Of a stretch of 64,000 bases of DNA, positions 29,943 through 40,674 are shown piece after piece; the stretch's first letter is position 1; every line of letters begins with the position of its first letter. A program made the position numbers and the translations under genes. The stretch covers positions 89,076-153,075 of the forward strand of contig CAVSSD010000016.1 in assembly GCA_963730495.1 (NCBI GenBank). The letters run 5' to 3'. The notes beneath the pieces are model-generated. The model had not been told where the DNA came from and did no database searches. It was given only the letters and a program-made list of their open reading frames with translations. The DNA is from an uncultured Acidobacteriota bacterium (lineage in GTDB: Bacteria > Acidobacteriota > Terriglobia > Acidiferrales > UBA7541).

Positions 29943-30729
29943 ATGAAAAACGTGCCTGTGGTGATGTGTTTCTGTCTGCTGGGGGGATGTGGAATGAGCA
30001 CTATTCCTTCGACGGCGAATAACGTGCTAATGAAAGGCGGGCAATGGGAGTTTATGGTTAAGGCAGAAGATGGTGCTGCTGCTACTTATTATGAGGCCAA
30101 TATGCCCGCAACGAATGTGGGATTCAATGTGGCAAATGCCCAGATTTTTCAGCCGTCGCAATGGACCGGGCCAAATACGCAGCCAATCTTCTGTGGTGGT
30201 TACTTCCTGGACGGAAATATAAGTGGAGCAAAACTCGACGGCAAAATTGCGGGAGGCTTCCCACTTTCGCAGTTCGCTTCCTTCTCTGGGGAACTTGACG
30301 CGGATGGACAATCCATCTCGACCGGCCAGTACTCCGGCGGAACCTGCCGGGTAAATGGCACACTCAACACGACGGCAGCATTTACGGGCTACACTGTGAC
30401 CCCGCTGAACGGCATGTTCACAGGAACGCTGACGAGCAGCCTGCATGGCGCCACTGTGGTGGCCATTTCGTTTACACAGAATGGCGACTTTACGATCAGC
30501 GCGACAGGCACTTCCGTAGAAAACGGGGTGACCTCGGCCCTCACAAGTGCGACGGGACAAAACAGCATTGTCGTTGGCGCGACGCCTCTTTTTCGCGGGC
30601 ACTGCGACGAATGTCAACGGGAGTTCTCAGTTTGGTGCATTCGGACATCTAAATCCGTTGGCAACCCAACTGATGATTGAGATCGATAACGGTTCAGATT
30701 CGCTAATCGGAACGCTGACGAAGCACTAA
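29943..30729 (+). CDS. Hypothetical lipoprotein (Thr/Gly-rich, frameshift ~30585)
   Basis: Lipobox LGGC; C-terminus continues in frame 30547-30729. Confidence 0.6.
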
Positions 30730-30831
30730 GCCAAAATCGACCATTCTCGTTTGCAAAGTTTGTAAACCCGTGCAAACACCCGGCAAATATCCGCCTTGAA
30801 CGAGTAGGCTACGCCGAAGCCGAGCGTCGAA

Positions 30832-32553
30832 TCAGAAGTCGTCCCACACATCTCCATACGCGTAAGTCTCGGCGGTCGCTATGGGATTAAAGGACCCTCC
30901 ACCTACAACCAGTACGCAGAAAATTCCATCCGGTAGTGACATCGCCGTTGCGGTGTGTCCCGCACGACCGAATTCCATGCCGCCTGTCTTAGTGAAAGAA
31001 TTGGGCGTTAGGTCGTAGAGTTCCGCCGTGGCGCTACTATTGCCGCCCCCAGCTATCAGCACAGTGCCGTCCATAAGCAGCGTCGCCGTGTGTAAATCTC
31101 GGGCTTCGGTCATTGACCCGGTAGGTACAAACAACCCCGGAGATGGGTTATAGACTTCGGCAGTAGCTGTGAGCTGCAAATCACTGCTACCCATAACGGG
31201 ACTTTCCCCGCCGGTGATCAGCACCGTGCCGTCATCGAGCAGCGTCGCCGCGTGTTCTTCGCGAGCCGTTGTCATACCACCTGTGGTGGTGGTGAAAATA
31301 CCTGTTGCCGGGTCATAGAGCTCTGCTGTCGAAGTTGGTATGGATGAATCAAGTGGGACGCCACCTACGATGAGCACTCTTCCGTCTTTCAGCAAGGTGG
31401 CAGTGTGCCGAAATCGCGCGACGGCCATGCTTCCCGTTTGAGTAAAAGCGCCAGTACTTGGATCATAGAGTTCGGCCGTGGCAGAGCCCTTTCCACCCAC
31501 TCCTTGATCTCCACCGCCAGCAATCAGAACCTTTCCGTTCGTAAGCAGCGTCGCTGTGTGCCCGCCGCGCGGGATACTCATATTGCCGGTCATGCTGAAT
31601 GAGCCCGCGCCGGGGTTGTAGAGTTCCGCAGTGTTCTGCGCTTGCGCACCCACGCCCTGACAGTCGGAAGTGTCTCCAAACCCTCCGACCACTAATACAT
31701 TTCCGTTCTGCAACAATGTGGCGGTGTGAGCGTAGCGCGGTGCAGCCATTGATCCCGTTGGAGTAGAGGCGGAAGCATAAGTATCGTACAGTTCTGCCGA
31801 AACGATACCGCCGACGCAACTGGGGTCAGAGGCTTTGTTAGCGCCCCCGGCTATCAGCACCTGCCCATTGTTTAGCAGGGTGGCGGTGTGAAAACCTCGC
31901 GCCGTTTGCAGACTCCCCGTGGGAAAAAATGAAACGAACGCAGTAGTTACGGAAATTGTGGCGCTCGCAGAGACCGTCGTGTCTGCTACGCTGGTGACGA
32001 TTACATGATAGAAACCTTCAGTGCTCGGTGCAGTATATGAGCCAGCCCCATTTATAACTCCCCCGCCTGCCTCCTCAACACTCCAGGTCACACCTGTATT
32101 GGTCAACCCCGCGACACCAGCCGTGAAGATCTGTGTCCCACCGGGAGCCAGCATGACCTGCGAAGGAGAAATCGTCAATTGGGACAGCTGAACTGCCACG
32201 GCAGCGATACCCATGAAAGCTGGATTCGCCTTACTCGTAGCCACGACATGGAACGTGCCCCAGCTATTTGGCGGAGCTGTATAGAGACCCGTGCTGTCGA
32301 TCGTCCCGCCAAAGCTTTCTTGCACGCTCCAGGTGACTGCGGTGTTAGTCGTTCCCGTGACGGTAGCCGTAAAAGCTTGTGTCGCGCCACCCAACAGAGT
32401 GACGCTATTGGGTGCGACCGTAACCGTTACGAGCGGAGCAGGTGGTGGGGCAGGCGAGATCGGTGGTTGCGAAGAAGTTGAACCCCCGCCGCATCCCCAG
32501 ACGCCGACTACCGCGGCGATAACCAGTGCAACAGCACTCGGATGAAACCTCAC
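30832..32553 (-). CDS. Kelch-repeat lipoprotein with two Ig-like domains
   Basis: Lipobox VWGC; two FTA.V.G.TNT.VTWSV Ig units; six to seven R..HTATLL..G.VLI.GG Kelch repeats; GTG start inferred. Confidence 0.85.
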   Translation of the reverse strand: MRFHPSAVALVIAAVVGVWGCGGGSTSSQPPISPAPPPAPLVTVTVAPNSVTLLGGATQAFTATVTGTTNTAVTWSVQESFGGTIDSTGLYTAPPNSWGTFHVVATSKANPAFMGIAAVAVQLSQLTISPSQVMLAPGGTQIFTAGVAGLTNTGVTWSVEEAGGGVINGAGSYTAPSTEGFYHVIVTSVADTTVSASATISVTTAFVSFFPTGSLQTARGFHTATLLNNGQVLIAGGANKASDPSCVGGIVSAELYDTYASASTPTGSMAAPRYAHTATLLQNGNVLVVGGFGDTSDCQGVGAQAQNTAELYNPGAGSFSMTGNMSIPRGGHTATLLTNGKVLIAGGGDQGVGGKGSATAELYDPSTGAFTQTGSMAVARFRHTATLLKDGRVLIVGGVPLDSSIPTSTAELYDPATGIFTTTTGGMTTAREEHAATLLDDGTVLITGGESPVMGSSDLQLTATAEVYNPSPGLFVPTGSMTEARDLHTATLLMDGTVLIAGGGNSSATAELYDLTPNSFTKTGGMEFGRAGHTATAMSLPDGIFCVLVVGGGSFNPIATAETYAYGDVWDDF

Positions 32554-32882
32554 ATTCGTGATTGATCTAGATCGATCAAGTGTACGTGTATTTTGCACGA
32601 TTAACCTCAAAGCTACGATCGATAGGATCAGAAAGGTCGCAACCATCAGAGTAAAAATCCGCCCGAAGCAGATCGCAAGTTGCCCTCCGGGCATCGCTCC
32701 GCCAACATTGGCGCGAAGCATCTTGAGGGGCAATGGCGGGGGCATGGTTTGTACCTGTTCTAGCTCTGATCGTTCAGCCCTTTGAATTCAGGGGAGTTGC
32801 AGGAGATACACGTTTCTTCCGGCACATATTCCTTCGACCTTGAGTATTTGGTGATAGACTCCCCGCAAGCTCGAGCCCTGCT

Positions 32883-35249
32883 ATGGAAGCCCCTCTACGA
32901 ACGCGCAAAACGCGCTTCGGCGCCTTCGAAGTCGACTTGCGTTCGGGCGAGTTGTACAAACACGGCACCCGCCTGAAGCTTCAGGACCAACCCTTCCAGG
33001 TGCTTGCGCTTTTGCTCGAGCATGCCGGCGACGTAGTTACGCGCGAGGATATCCAACAGAAACTCTGGGCTGCAGACACTTTTGTTGACTTCGACACCGG
33101 TCTGAACAGCGCCATCAAGAAGCTGCGCGACGTCTTGGCCGATTCGGCCGAGGAACCCCGCTACATCGAGACTCTCCCTCGGCGCGGCTATCGCTTCATC
33201 GCTCACGTTGAAAACGGTGACCTGCCTGCTCCAGTTCCCATCGAAAAACGCCTTGCGACTGTTCCCCGCGTCGGGCCAAAGCCTGAACTTTCGAACAAAC
33301 GCCGCATCATCGTGGCGGCTGGTGCCGCCACCTTGCTCATTGTTGCCGCCCTCATTACGTGGCGTGTCTTTTTGGCTAGGCCCGTGCTGACCCAGACCGA
33401 CGTCATCCTCCTAGCGAGCTTTGTCAACAAGACGGGTGATCCCATCTTTGACAACTCTCTGGACAAAGCACTCGAAGTCAAACTTACCGAGTCCCCCTTC
33501 TTGAGCCTTTTACCGGATGCAGACGTCCGCGAGACTCTGCGCACGATGCGTCATGATCCGAATGAGCGCGTAACACAGGAATTGGGCATCGAAATGTGCA
33601 AGCGCAAGGGGCTCAAAGCCGTCGTCGTGCCCGAGATTGCGGCCTTTGGCAGCAAATATCTAATCACCCTGGAAGCGATCGACGCGCGGAACCAAAAGGT
33701 CATCGCGCGTCGTCAAGAGGAAGCGGAGACCAAGGACCAGGTGATCGCTGCGCTGGGCAAAGCAGGTTCGCAATTACGGAGGCGATTGGGCGAAAGTCTG
33801 AGCTCTCTCGAGAAGTACGACACTCCTCTTGATCTTGCGACTACCGGTTCGCTCGAAGCGTTGCAAGCTTATCGAGCAGGGCAGACGCTGTATCGTTCCG
33901 GAAAGCGGCGCGAGGCGATTCCTCTTTTTGAGAGGGCCGTCGAGCTGGATCCGCAGTTCTGTTCTGCATATGCGGGACTTGGAAGCGCCTATCACAGCAT
34001 TGGTGACGAGGAAGCCTCCAAAAAGAGTTTTGCAAGGGCCTTCAAACTAAAGGATAGCCGGCTTACGCAAGAAGAGAATTTTGAGACTACCGCGCGTTAC
34101 GAGGACGCTGTCACAGGCAATCTGGAAAAAGAAATCGCTGTGGCCGTTCTGTACAAGCAAGCGTATCCCCGCAGCGTGAGCGCTTACAACCTGTTGGGTA
34201 TCGCTTACGCGAAACTGGGCCGAACGGAAGAGGCCCTGCAAGAATTCAACTGGGCCATCAACAATTCGCCCGTCCCTTCTTCTGCGACCTATTCCAATGC
34301 CAGTCAGGCGCTGATGATCATGGGCCGGTTTGACGATGCCAAGGAAATGCTTGACCGATGGCGGCAGAAAGGATCCCTGATCCCATTTCAGATATCAATT
34401 CGCTACCGGATCGCATTTATCGAGAAGGACGCCGCGACGATGGAACGGCTTGCCCGCGAAACCCCAGCGGATGATACGTCCTGGCTCCATTTGGAAATGC
34501 AGCTCGCATTTTTGCGCGGCGATTTTAGTAAACTCCGCTCGCTCAGCGAGACTCTGGTTCAGCAGCAGAATCGAGCGAATCGGAAGGAAAACGCTGCCTA
34601 CGAGCTTGCCTGGCATGCCCGGATGGAATCCTACTTGGGAAGCTATGCCTCGGCGCGCGAGCTATGCCGCCAGGCTGAAGAGACAAGTAAAGACAGTGCT
34701 TTATGGCTAGAGCAGTGTGCGGTAGCGCTGACGGATGCTGGTGAAGTCACGCAGGCCGAAGCATTAGCAGCGAAACTGGATCGGCTGCTTCCTGAGGACA
34801 CATTGAACCAGAAGATCTGGCTGCCCATCATTCGTTCCATGATCGAACGCGAGCGAGGAAACGGCGTCAAGGCCGTGGATGTGCTCGCCCCGGTCACGCA
34901 ACACGAGCAAAGCGTAGTATTTGTACCGCTAGCGGTTCTTTATCGCCGTGCCCAAGCTTATGAAGCGGCAGGAGAGCATGCCAAGTCTGCTGCAGATTTC
35001 GGGAAGGTCATCTCTCATCGTGGATGGCCCGAATGGGAAATATTTGCCCCGCTCGCGCAACTCGGACTTGCGCGGGCCAATGCCACCCAAGGGGACCGCG
35101 ACAACAGCCGCAAGGCCTATGATGATTTCTTCACGACTTGGAAAAACGCGGATCCGGATATCCCGATACTCCACCAAGCCAAAACCGAATATAAGAAACT
35201 CACTGCAACCCCATCCGTCGCCTCATCGGCATTAGGAAAAATGCAATAG
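32883..35249 (+). CDS. CadC/ToxR-like winged-helix regulator with TM and TPR region
   Basis: RFGAFEVD, LQDQPFQVL, YIETLPRRGYRF; TM helix; TPR repeats. Confidence 0.88.
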   Translation: MEAPLRTRKTRFGAFEVDLRSGELYKHGTRLKLQDQPFQVLALLLEHAGDVVTREDIQQKLWAADTFVDFDTGLNSAIKKLRDVLADSAEEPRYIETLPRRGYRFIAHVENGDLPAPVPIEKRLATVPRVGPKPELSNKRRIIVAAGAATLLIVAALITWRVFLARPVLTQTDVILLASFVNKTGDPIFDNSLDKALEVKLTESPFLSLLPDADVRETLRTMRHDPNERVTQELGIEMCKRKGLKAVVVPEIAAFGSKYLITLEAIDARNQKVIARRQEEAETKDQVIAALGKAGSQLRRRLGESLSSLEKYDTPLDLATTGSLEALQAYRAGQTLYRSGKRREAIPLFERAVELDPQFCSAYAGLGSAYHSIGDEEASKKSFARAFKLKDSRLTQEENFETTARYEDAVTGNLEKEIAVAVLYKQAYPRSVSAYNLLGIAYAKLGRTEEALQEFNWAINNSPVPSSATYSNASQALMIMGRFDDAKEMLDRWRQKGSLIPFQISIRYRIAFIEKDAATMERLARETPADDTSWLHLEMQLAFLRGDFSKLRSLSETLVQQQNRANRKENAAYELAWHARMESYLGSYASARELCRQAEETSKDSALWLEQCAVALTDAGEVTQAEALAAKLDRLLPEDTLNQKIWLPIIRSMIERERGNGVKAVDVLAPVTQHEQSVVFVPLAVLYRRAQAYEAAGEHAKSAADFGKVISHRGWPEWEIFAPLAQLGLARANATQGDRDNSRKAYDDFFTTWKNADPDIPILHQAKTEYKKLTATPSVASSALGKMQ

Positions 35250-35474
35250 GCTCCTTTTTCTAAAGTACTCATCCCTGATGCAATCGCTTGAAGTCTGACG
35301 TGCGATTTCCTAAGCGCTGAGCGCGGCCAGCTGGCTCTTGTGGAACGTACTGTTTTCATTTCCCTGACGGGTCAAAGGCGCAGTCGGGAAATTGCCTTTG
35401 ATTGTGGCAAGATCACGACGCACTCAGAAGTAATTCCACTTGCCTGTGTGGTCGAATAATCCGAAATTAGCGCA

Positions 35475-35840
35475 TTACAACAAATTGCATTCAAGGAATT
35501 CCAGGCGGTTTCCCCAGGGGTCTTCGGCGAAAAAACGGTGCGCGCCGGGCAGCGAATCATCTTCAGTGATCTTTACAGCGTGGGCGAGCAAAGTTTCACG
35601 CAGTCCGCCGAGATCCGCGACGGCGAAAGCAGGATGTGCCTTTTTCGCGGGCTGGAACGGTGTTTCGACCCCGATGTGAATCTGTTGCTCGCCGCACTGG
35701 AACCAGCAGCCACCCCGCGCGCGAAGCGAGGGCGGCTTTTCGATTTCGTGCAGCCCGAGAATCGCGCCGTAAAATTCGCGAGCGGCGGCCTCGCACCCTT
35801 TTGGCGCGGCCAACTGCACGTGGTCGATGCGGGTAATCAC
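35475..35840 (-). CDS. VOC/glyoxalase family protein
   Basis: IDHVQLA, HPAFAV, DPWGNRLEF. Confidence 0.88.
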   Translation of the reverse strand: MITRIDHVQLAAPKGCEAAAREFYGAILGLHEIEKPPSLRARGGCWFQCGEQQIHIGVETPFQPAKKAHPAFAVADLGGLRETLLAHAVKITEDDSLPGAHRFFAEDPWGNRLEFLECNLL

Positions 35841-36019
35841 GGCGGTCCTCCCAAGATTAGAATACCTTTAACAAGTAGTGCTGTGCCTTTGCGCAGGGAA
35901 TTATCCACCAAGCGCGTACGCCTCACTGCTTGCTTGACGTGTTCTTGACTCGCGGTTACGCTTCCGACTCAGGATTTGTGCCCCAGGAGTTCGGCGTAAC
36001 GGCTGACGAACAGGTACTC

Positions 36020-36865
36020 GTGGCAGACACACCTCTGCAGGTTGTTGGTCGAGAAGAAGACAAGACGGAAGAGCAAATTTCCGTCGCCGGAGTGCTGGTC
36101 AACGCGCTCAAAAGCGCCGTGGCGGACGTGCAGGATTACGCCATGCTTTGCGGCCGCACGCTAGTCGCCCTGGTCACCCCTCCGTATTACCTTCAAGACG
36201 TTTTGCAGCAGATGGACAGCATCGGCGCGGGCTCGCTCCCCATCATATTGCTATCGGGCTTTTTTATAGGCGCGGTCATGGTGTTGCAGACGGGGGCGCA
36301 GTTCACTCGCTTTGGCCAGACCTCGCTGACCGGCGACGTGGTGGCCATCGCACTTGTCCGGGAGTTGGGGCCTTCGCTTACAGGGTTGCTGGTGACGGGC
36401 CGATGCGCGACGGGCATCGCTTCCGAGCTTGGCTCGATGCTAGTCACCGAGCAAGTGGATGCCATGCGCGCGATGGGGACGAATCCCGTCCGGAAGCTCG
36501 TGGCGCCGAGGGTCATTGCGACTCTGCTTACGCTGCCGCTACTGACGGCGATGACCGATTTCATGGGCTTGCTCGGCGGCTGCGTCGCGTCGGTTTTTTC
36601 GCTGCGACTCACCGCGGTCGAATTCTGGCGCCGCGCGATTGATGCTCTGGACTTTGCGGACTTGATGCAAGGATTTACCAAGCCGTTTTTTTTCGCGTTC
36701 ATCCTCGCCACCATTGGCTGTTACAAAGGGCTCACCGTTCGCGGCGGCACCCAGGGAGTCGGCCGAGCCACCACTCAGGCGGCCGTGCTGTCTTCCGTGA
36801 TGATCATTGTGGCTGACGCGTTTCTAACGAAAGTGGCCTTGTACTTCGCGAACAGGCTTTTCTAG
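36020..36865 (+). CDS. mlaE: MlaE-family ABC permease
   Basis: VRELGPSLTG, ASELGSM.VTEQVDAM, GVGRATT; start uncertain. Confidence 0.9.
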   Translation: MADTPLQVVGREEDKTEEQISVAGVLVNALKSAVADVQDYAMLCGRTLVALVTPPYYLQDVLQQMDSIGAGSLPIILLSGFFIGAVMVLQTGAQFTRFGQTSLTGDVVAIALVRELGPSLTGLLVTGRCATGIASELGSMLVTEQVDAMRAMGTNPVRKLVAPRVIATLLTLPLLTAMTDFMGLLGGCVASVFSLRLTAVEFWRRAIDALDFADLMQGFTKPFFFAFILATIGCYKGLTVRGGTQGVGRATTQAAVLSSVMIIVADAFLTKVALYFANRLF

Positions 36866-36941
36866 GACCTGTTTGGGCCCCATCCGACTTCAGCATGCAT
36901 AAATCGTTTCGTAACCTCCCAGCACCAGAATTACCGTTATA

Positions 36942-37796
36942 ATGTCGGCCACACGCCCGATGCCAACCACCGTCACATTGAATCCCGACTCCAGTCCGAC
37001 CATCAAATTTGACGGGGTACGCATCGGCTTCGAAGGAAGAGATATTCTGCGAGCCGTTTCGTTTCAGGTGCAAGAGCGGGAAACCCTGGTTCTGTTAGGC
37101 GAAACAGGGATGGGCAAGACGCTTTCGCTCAAGCTGGCAGCCGGTCTTCTCCGGCCCAGCAGGGGTAACATTCAAGTGCTCGGCCGGGATGTATCCAGCA
37201 TGACGGAGCGCGACTTGCTCGCCTTCCGCCGGCAAGTCGGCTTTGTCTTTCAAGAAGGCGCGCTATTTGATTCGATGACCGTCGGGGAAAATGTGGCCTA
37301 CCGCCTGCACGAAGACAGAGTGAAAGACGATGAGGTCGAAGTGCGCGTGCGCGAGGTGCTGCGCTTCGTCGAACTGGAACATACCCTGGATCTGTTTCCG
37401 TCCGAACTCTCTGGAGGAATGCGGCGGCGCGTTTCCATCGCGCGAGCATTGATCAACCAGCCTCCAATCGTGCTCTATGACTCTCCAACGGCTGGCTTGG
37501 ATCCGGTCACGTCGCAAACGATCATCACGCTTATTCTTCGCCTGCGCGATGTCTTCGGCGTTACGGCGCTGCTCGCGACGCAACGTCTACAAGATGGCTT
37601 CGCGCTCGCGAACTTTCGCTTTGACGCCGCATCCAAACGGGTTGTGCACGACGTGTCCAACGGAAATGCCGCAGGCGCAGCTAAAATGGCGGCGACTCGT
37701 TTTCTGGTCTTGCGTGACGGCGGGGTTTATTTCGAGGGCGGTCAGGAAGAACTTGCGGATACGAAAGATGAATATCTGAAGCGCTTTCTCGTGTGA
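36942..37796 (+). CDS. mlaF: MlaF-family ABC ATPase
   Basis: GETGMGKT, FQEGALFDS, LSGGMRRR; lies between mlaE and mlaD. Confidence 0.88.
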   Translation: MSATRPMPTTVTLNPDSSPTIKFDGVRIGFEGRDILRAVSFQVQERETLVLLGETGMGKTLSLKLAAGLLRPSRGNIQVLGRDVSSMTERDLLAFRRQVGFVFQEGALFDSMTVGENVAYRLHEDRVKDDEVEVRVREVLRFVELEHTLDLFPSELSGGMRRRVSIARALINQPPIVLYDSPTAGLDPVTSQTIITLILRLRDVFGVTALLATQRLQDGFALANFRFDAASKRVVHDVSNGNAAGAAKMAATRFLVLRDGGVYFEGGQEELADTKDEYLKRFLV

Positions 37797-37839
37797 ATTG
37801 GCGTAGTCGGTTGGACGATCGAAAGGGAGGGAAGGAAAA

Positions 37840-38925
37840 ATGGCGCAGCGCAAACAACTGACGTGGATGGAACTGCGCGTGGGGCTTTTCGTGTTGGTAG
37901 GCCTGGCGGTTTTGGCTGCCGGCATTTTCTACGTGACGGGGGGGGAATCGTTCGGACCGAAATACCGGCTCATCACCTATCTGCCTGACGTTTCGGGACT
38001 CGTGCACGGAGCTCCGGTGCGATTGAACGGCGTGGAAATTGGGAACGTCGAAACCATTAAGCTGGCGCCTCACGTTCGAGGCCAGGTGCGGCCGAAAAAC
38101 AGAAACATCGAAGTCGTGATGCGTCTCAGCAAGCAGTACGATAGCGACATTCTGACGGATTCCGCCGCTAGCCTTGTCACGGAAGGGTTGCTGGGGAACC
38201 GGTACGTCAACATCAGCCTGGGAGTCACAGGTGTACCTCTGAAGGATGGGCAAGAAGTGCCTGGAGTGGAAGAATCGGGGATGAAGGAAGTGATGGACCG
38301 AAGCGTGGACGTGCTGGGAAATCTTCAGACGCTCTCGGAAGATATTCAGGGAGTGGTGGACGGAGTAAAGGCGGGGAAAGGTACGGTCGGGAAATTGCTC
38401 GTCGATGAGCAAGCTTACAATCATCTGAACAGCATCCTTTCGAGAGGCGAAGTGATGCTTGCGAATATTCAAGCTGGACAAGGAACTCTCGGAAAATTGG
38501 TAGCGTCGGACGAAATGTACAACAAAGTGGACAAGGGCTTGGACAACGTAAACGTAATACTGACCGATGTGCGTTCGCAGAAGGGAACCATCGGAAAGTT
38601 GCTCTACGATCCCTCGCTCTACGACCAAGCGAAGCAAGCGATATCGAACGGCAACGCCGTCATTGGTGATGTCCGTGCAGGTAAAGGTACTCTGGGCAAA
38701 CTGGCTACGGACGATACGCTTTACACCAAGATGCGGGAAGCCACCGAAAATGTGGCTAACGCGACCGCCAAACTGAATGACAATACGACCACCGTGGGAA
38801 AACTCTTTTCCGATCCGAGGCTCTATGACAATTTGAGTGGCCTGACGGGAGACATGCGATTGCTTATCGGAGAATTCCGACAGAACCCCAAGAAATTCTT
38901 GCACATCAAAGTAGCCGTTTTCTGA
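37840..38925 (+). CDS. mlaD: MlaD/MCE family protein with helical repeats
   Basis: TM, GL..GAPVRLNGVEIG, EGLLG; five GTxGKL-like motifs at 34-aa spacing. Confidence 0.9.
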   Translation: MAQRKQLTWMELRVGLFVLVGLAVLAAGIFYVTGGESFGPKYRLITYLPDVSGLVHGAPVRLNGVEIGNVETIKLAPHVRGQVRPKNRNIEVVMRLSKQYDSDILTDSAASLVTEGLLGNRYVNISLGVTGVPLKDGQEVPGVEESGMKEVMDRSVDVLGNLQTLSEDIQGVVDGVKAGKGTVGKLLVDEQAYNHLNSILSRGEVMLANIQAGQGTLGKLVASDEMYNKVDKGLDNVNVILTDVRSQKGTIGKLLYDPSLYDQAKQAISNGNAVIGDVRAGKGTLGKLATDDTLYTKMREATENVANATAKLNDNTTTVGKLFSDPRLYDNLSGLTGDMRLLIGEFRQNPKKFLHIKVAVF

Positions 38926-39047
38926 CGCGTTGGATTCCGCAGTTACGGTGTGCCGCACTTTGCCAGTTATGGCGGGGTATGTTGTAATGCTTTTGTAACA
39001 AAGCAGGCATACGCTGAGTTGCCGGATCGGTTCTCGCAAAGAGATTC

Positions 39048-39809
39048 ATGGAAAATCAGGACATCGTACAAAAGCAGCCGCGGATAGAACCGGGCAAATC
39101 CACACTTCCACAACCCGGAAAACCAGTACCGAGCCGCGCGTACCCAGGTGCGCTTATCGTCGTGGAAGGCACCGACGGATCGGGCAAAAGCACACAGCTT
39201 TACTTGCTGAAGCGCTGGCTGGAAATTGGTGGATATCGCCTCCATTTTACGGAGTGGAATTCGTCGCCGCTGGTCAAATCCGCAACACGGCGGGGAAAAC
39301 AGCGCCGGCTGCTCACGCCAACAACCTTTTCGCTTTTGCATGCAGCCGATTTTGCGGATCGCTGCGAACGGCAAATTATGCCGCTGCTACAAGGCGACTA
39401 TTTGGTGCTCGCCGATCGTTATATCTACACCGCGTTTGCGCGCGATGCAGCTCGTGGATGTCCCGCGCGTTGGCTGAGAAATCTCTATCGTTTTGCACCT
39501 GTGCCGGACATTACTTTTTATTTTCGGGCGCCGCTGGACGTGGCCGTGCACCGCATTCTGAGCGGACGTCCCAAACTTAAATACTACGAAGCGGGAATGG
39601 ATATGGCGCTTTCGTACGACCGCTCCGAGAGTTTCCGGCTGTTCCAGGCGCGCATCCTCGAGGAGTACGACAAAATGGTCGATTCCGATAATTTCGTCGT
39701 GCTGGATGGCACTCTGCCAGTCAATAAGTTGCAGAAACAGATGAGGGAAATTGTAGCTTCTAAAATTGACTTGAAGCGTTTTGCGCCAGGCATTCAGCCT
39801 CCGGAGTAA
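39048..39809 (+). CDS. Thymidylate-kinase-like P-loop protein (intact P-loop; candidate PPK3 catalytic subunit)
   Basis: IVVEGTDGSGKSTQ, LADRY. Confidence 0.85.
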   Translation: MENQDIVQKQPRIEPGKSTLPQPGKPVPSRAYPGALIVVEGTDGSGKSTQLYLLKRWLEIGGYRLHFTEWNSSPLVKSATRRGKQRRLLTPTTFSLLHAADFADRCERQIMPLLQGDYLVLADRYIYTAFARDAARGCPARWLRNLYRFAPVPDITFYFRAPLDVAVHRILSGRPKLKYYEAGMDMALSYDRSESFRLFQARILEEYDKMVDSDNFVVLDGTLPVNKLQKQMREIVASKIDLKRFAPGIQPPE

Positions 39810-39811
39810 GC

Positions 39812-40666
39812 ATGTCCGATCTGGAAAAAGAGAAAGAAAAATCCGCCGCGCCGGTTGTTCCAGTGGAACTGACGCAAGCGACGGGTGCGCCTCTTCCTGG
39901 GGTGAAACCTGTTGCCCCGGGCGAGGATGAGGCCGCGCAATATTTCTACGGCGAAGCGCTGGTTGGTTTTGACCCGAGCGAAATTACCGGCAACTTGATC
40001 GTCATCGAGGGGATGGACGGTTCCGGGCGGTCGACACAGATCGCGCTGCTTCAGGAATGGCTGGAATCGGAAGGCTTCGCCGTACAGACCAGCGGATTAC
40101 GAAGGTCCTATCTGGTGGGACGCGACATCGACGAGTTGCTCGCGAAGAACGCGGTAACGCGGTTGACGCTGTCGCTCATGTACGCCACGGATTTTTTTGA
40201 CCAAGTCGAACATCGTGTCTTGCCTGCGCTACGTTCCGGAACAGTTGTTCTTGCCGACCGCTTTATTTTTACGCTGGTGGCGCGCGGCGTGGTGCGCGGA
40301 ATTAATCGCGATTACTTGAACGGTTTGTACGCAATGGCTTTGAGGCCACACCTCACGTTTTGGCTCAACGTGCGTCCGGAAACCGCGTTTGCGCGCGAAT
40401 TCAAAAAGGCGCAAGCCATCAGTTATTGGGAAGCTGGGCGCGATATGTCGCTTTCGCATGACCTCTATTGGTCGTTCATTCGCTACCAAACGATGATCAA
40501 ACGAGAATTCGAAGTGATGGCCAAGCGCCACGCGTTTATCGAGCTGGACGGCGAAGCAAGCGTTTCTGCCGTCAACAAACAGCTTCGCCAGCGCATCGGC
40601 GAGCAATTGGGAATTCGCGCGACGAAATACACACCCTCCGCCGCGCTTGCGCACCTCTGGCGGTAA
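39812..40666 (+). CDS. Thymidylate-kinase-like paralog (P-loop K to R; candidate regulatory subunit)
   Basis: IVIEGMDGSGRSTQ, LADRF; shares YxEAGxDMxLS with its upstream neighbour. Confidence 0.85.
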   Translation: MSDLEKEKEKSAAPVVPVELTQATGAPLPGVKPVAPGEDEAAQYFYGEALVGFDPSEITGNLIVIEGMDGSGRSTQIALLQEWLESEGFAVQTSGLRRSYLVGRDIDELLAKNAVTRLTLSLMYATDFFDQVEHRVLPALRSGTVVLADRFIFTLVARGVVRGINRDYLNGLYAMALRPHLTFWLNVRPETAFAREFKKAQAISYWEAGRDMSLSHDLYWSFIRYQTMIKREFEVMAKRHAFIELDGEASVSAVNKQLRQRIGEQLGIRATKYTPSAALAHLWR

Positions 40667-40674
40667 ATTCTGAA

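Noticed and set aside
15300-30000. Classical integron (intI/attC)
   Set aside because: No integrase, no convincing RYYYAAC...GTTRRRY long hairpins, and genes face both ways
37681-39039. 452-aa minus-strand ORF
   Set aside because: Antisense shadow of mlaD
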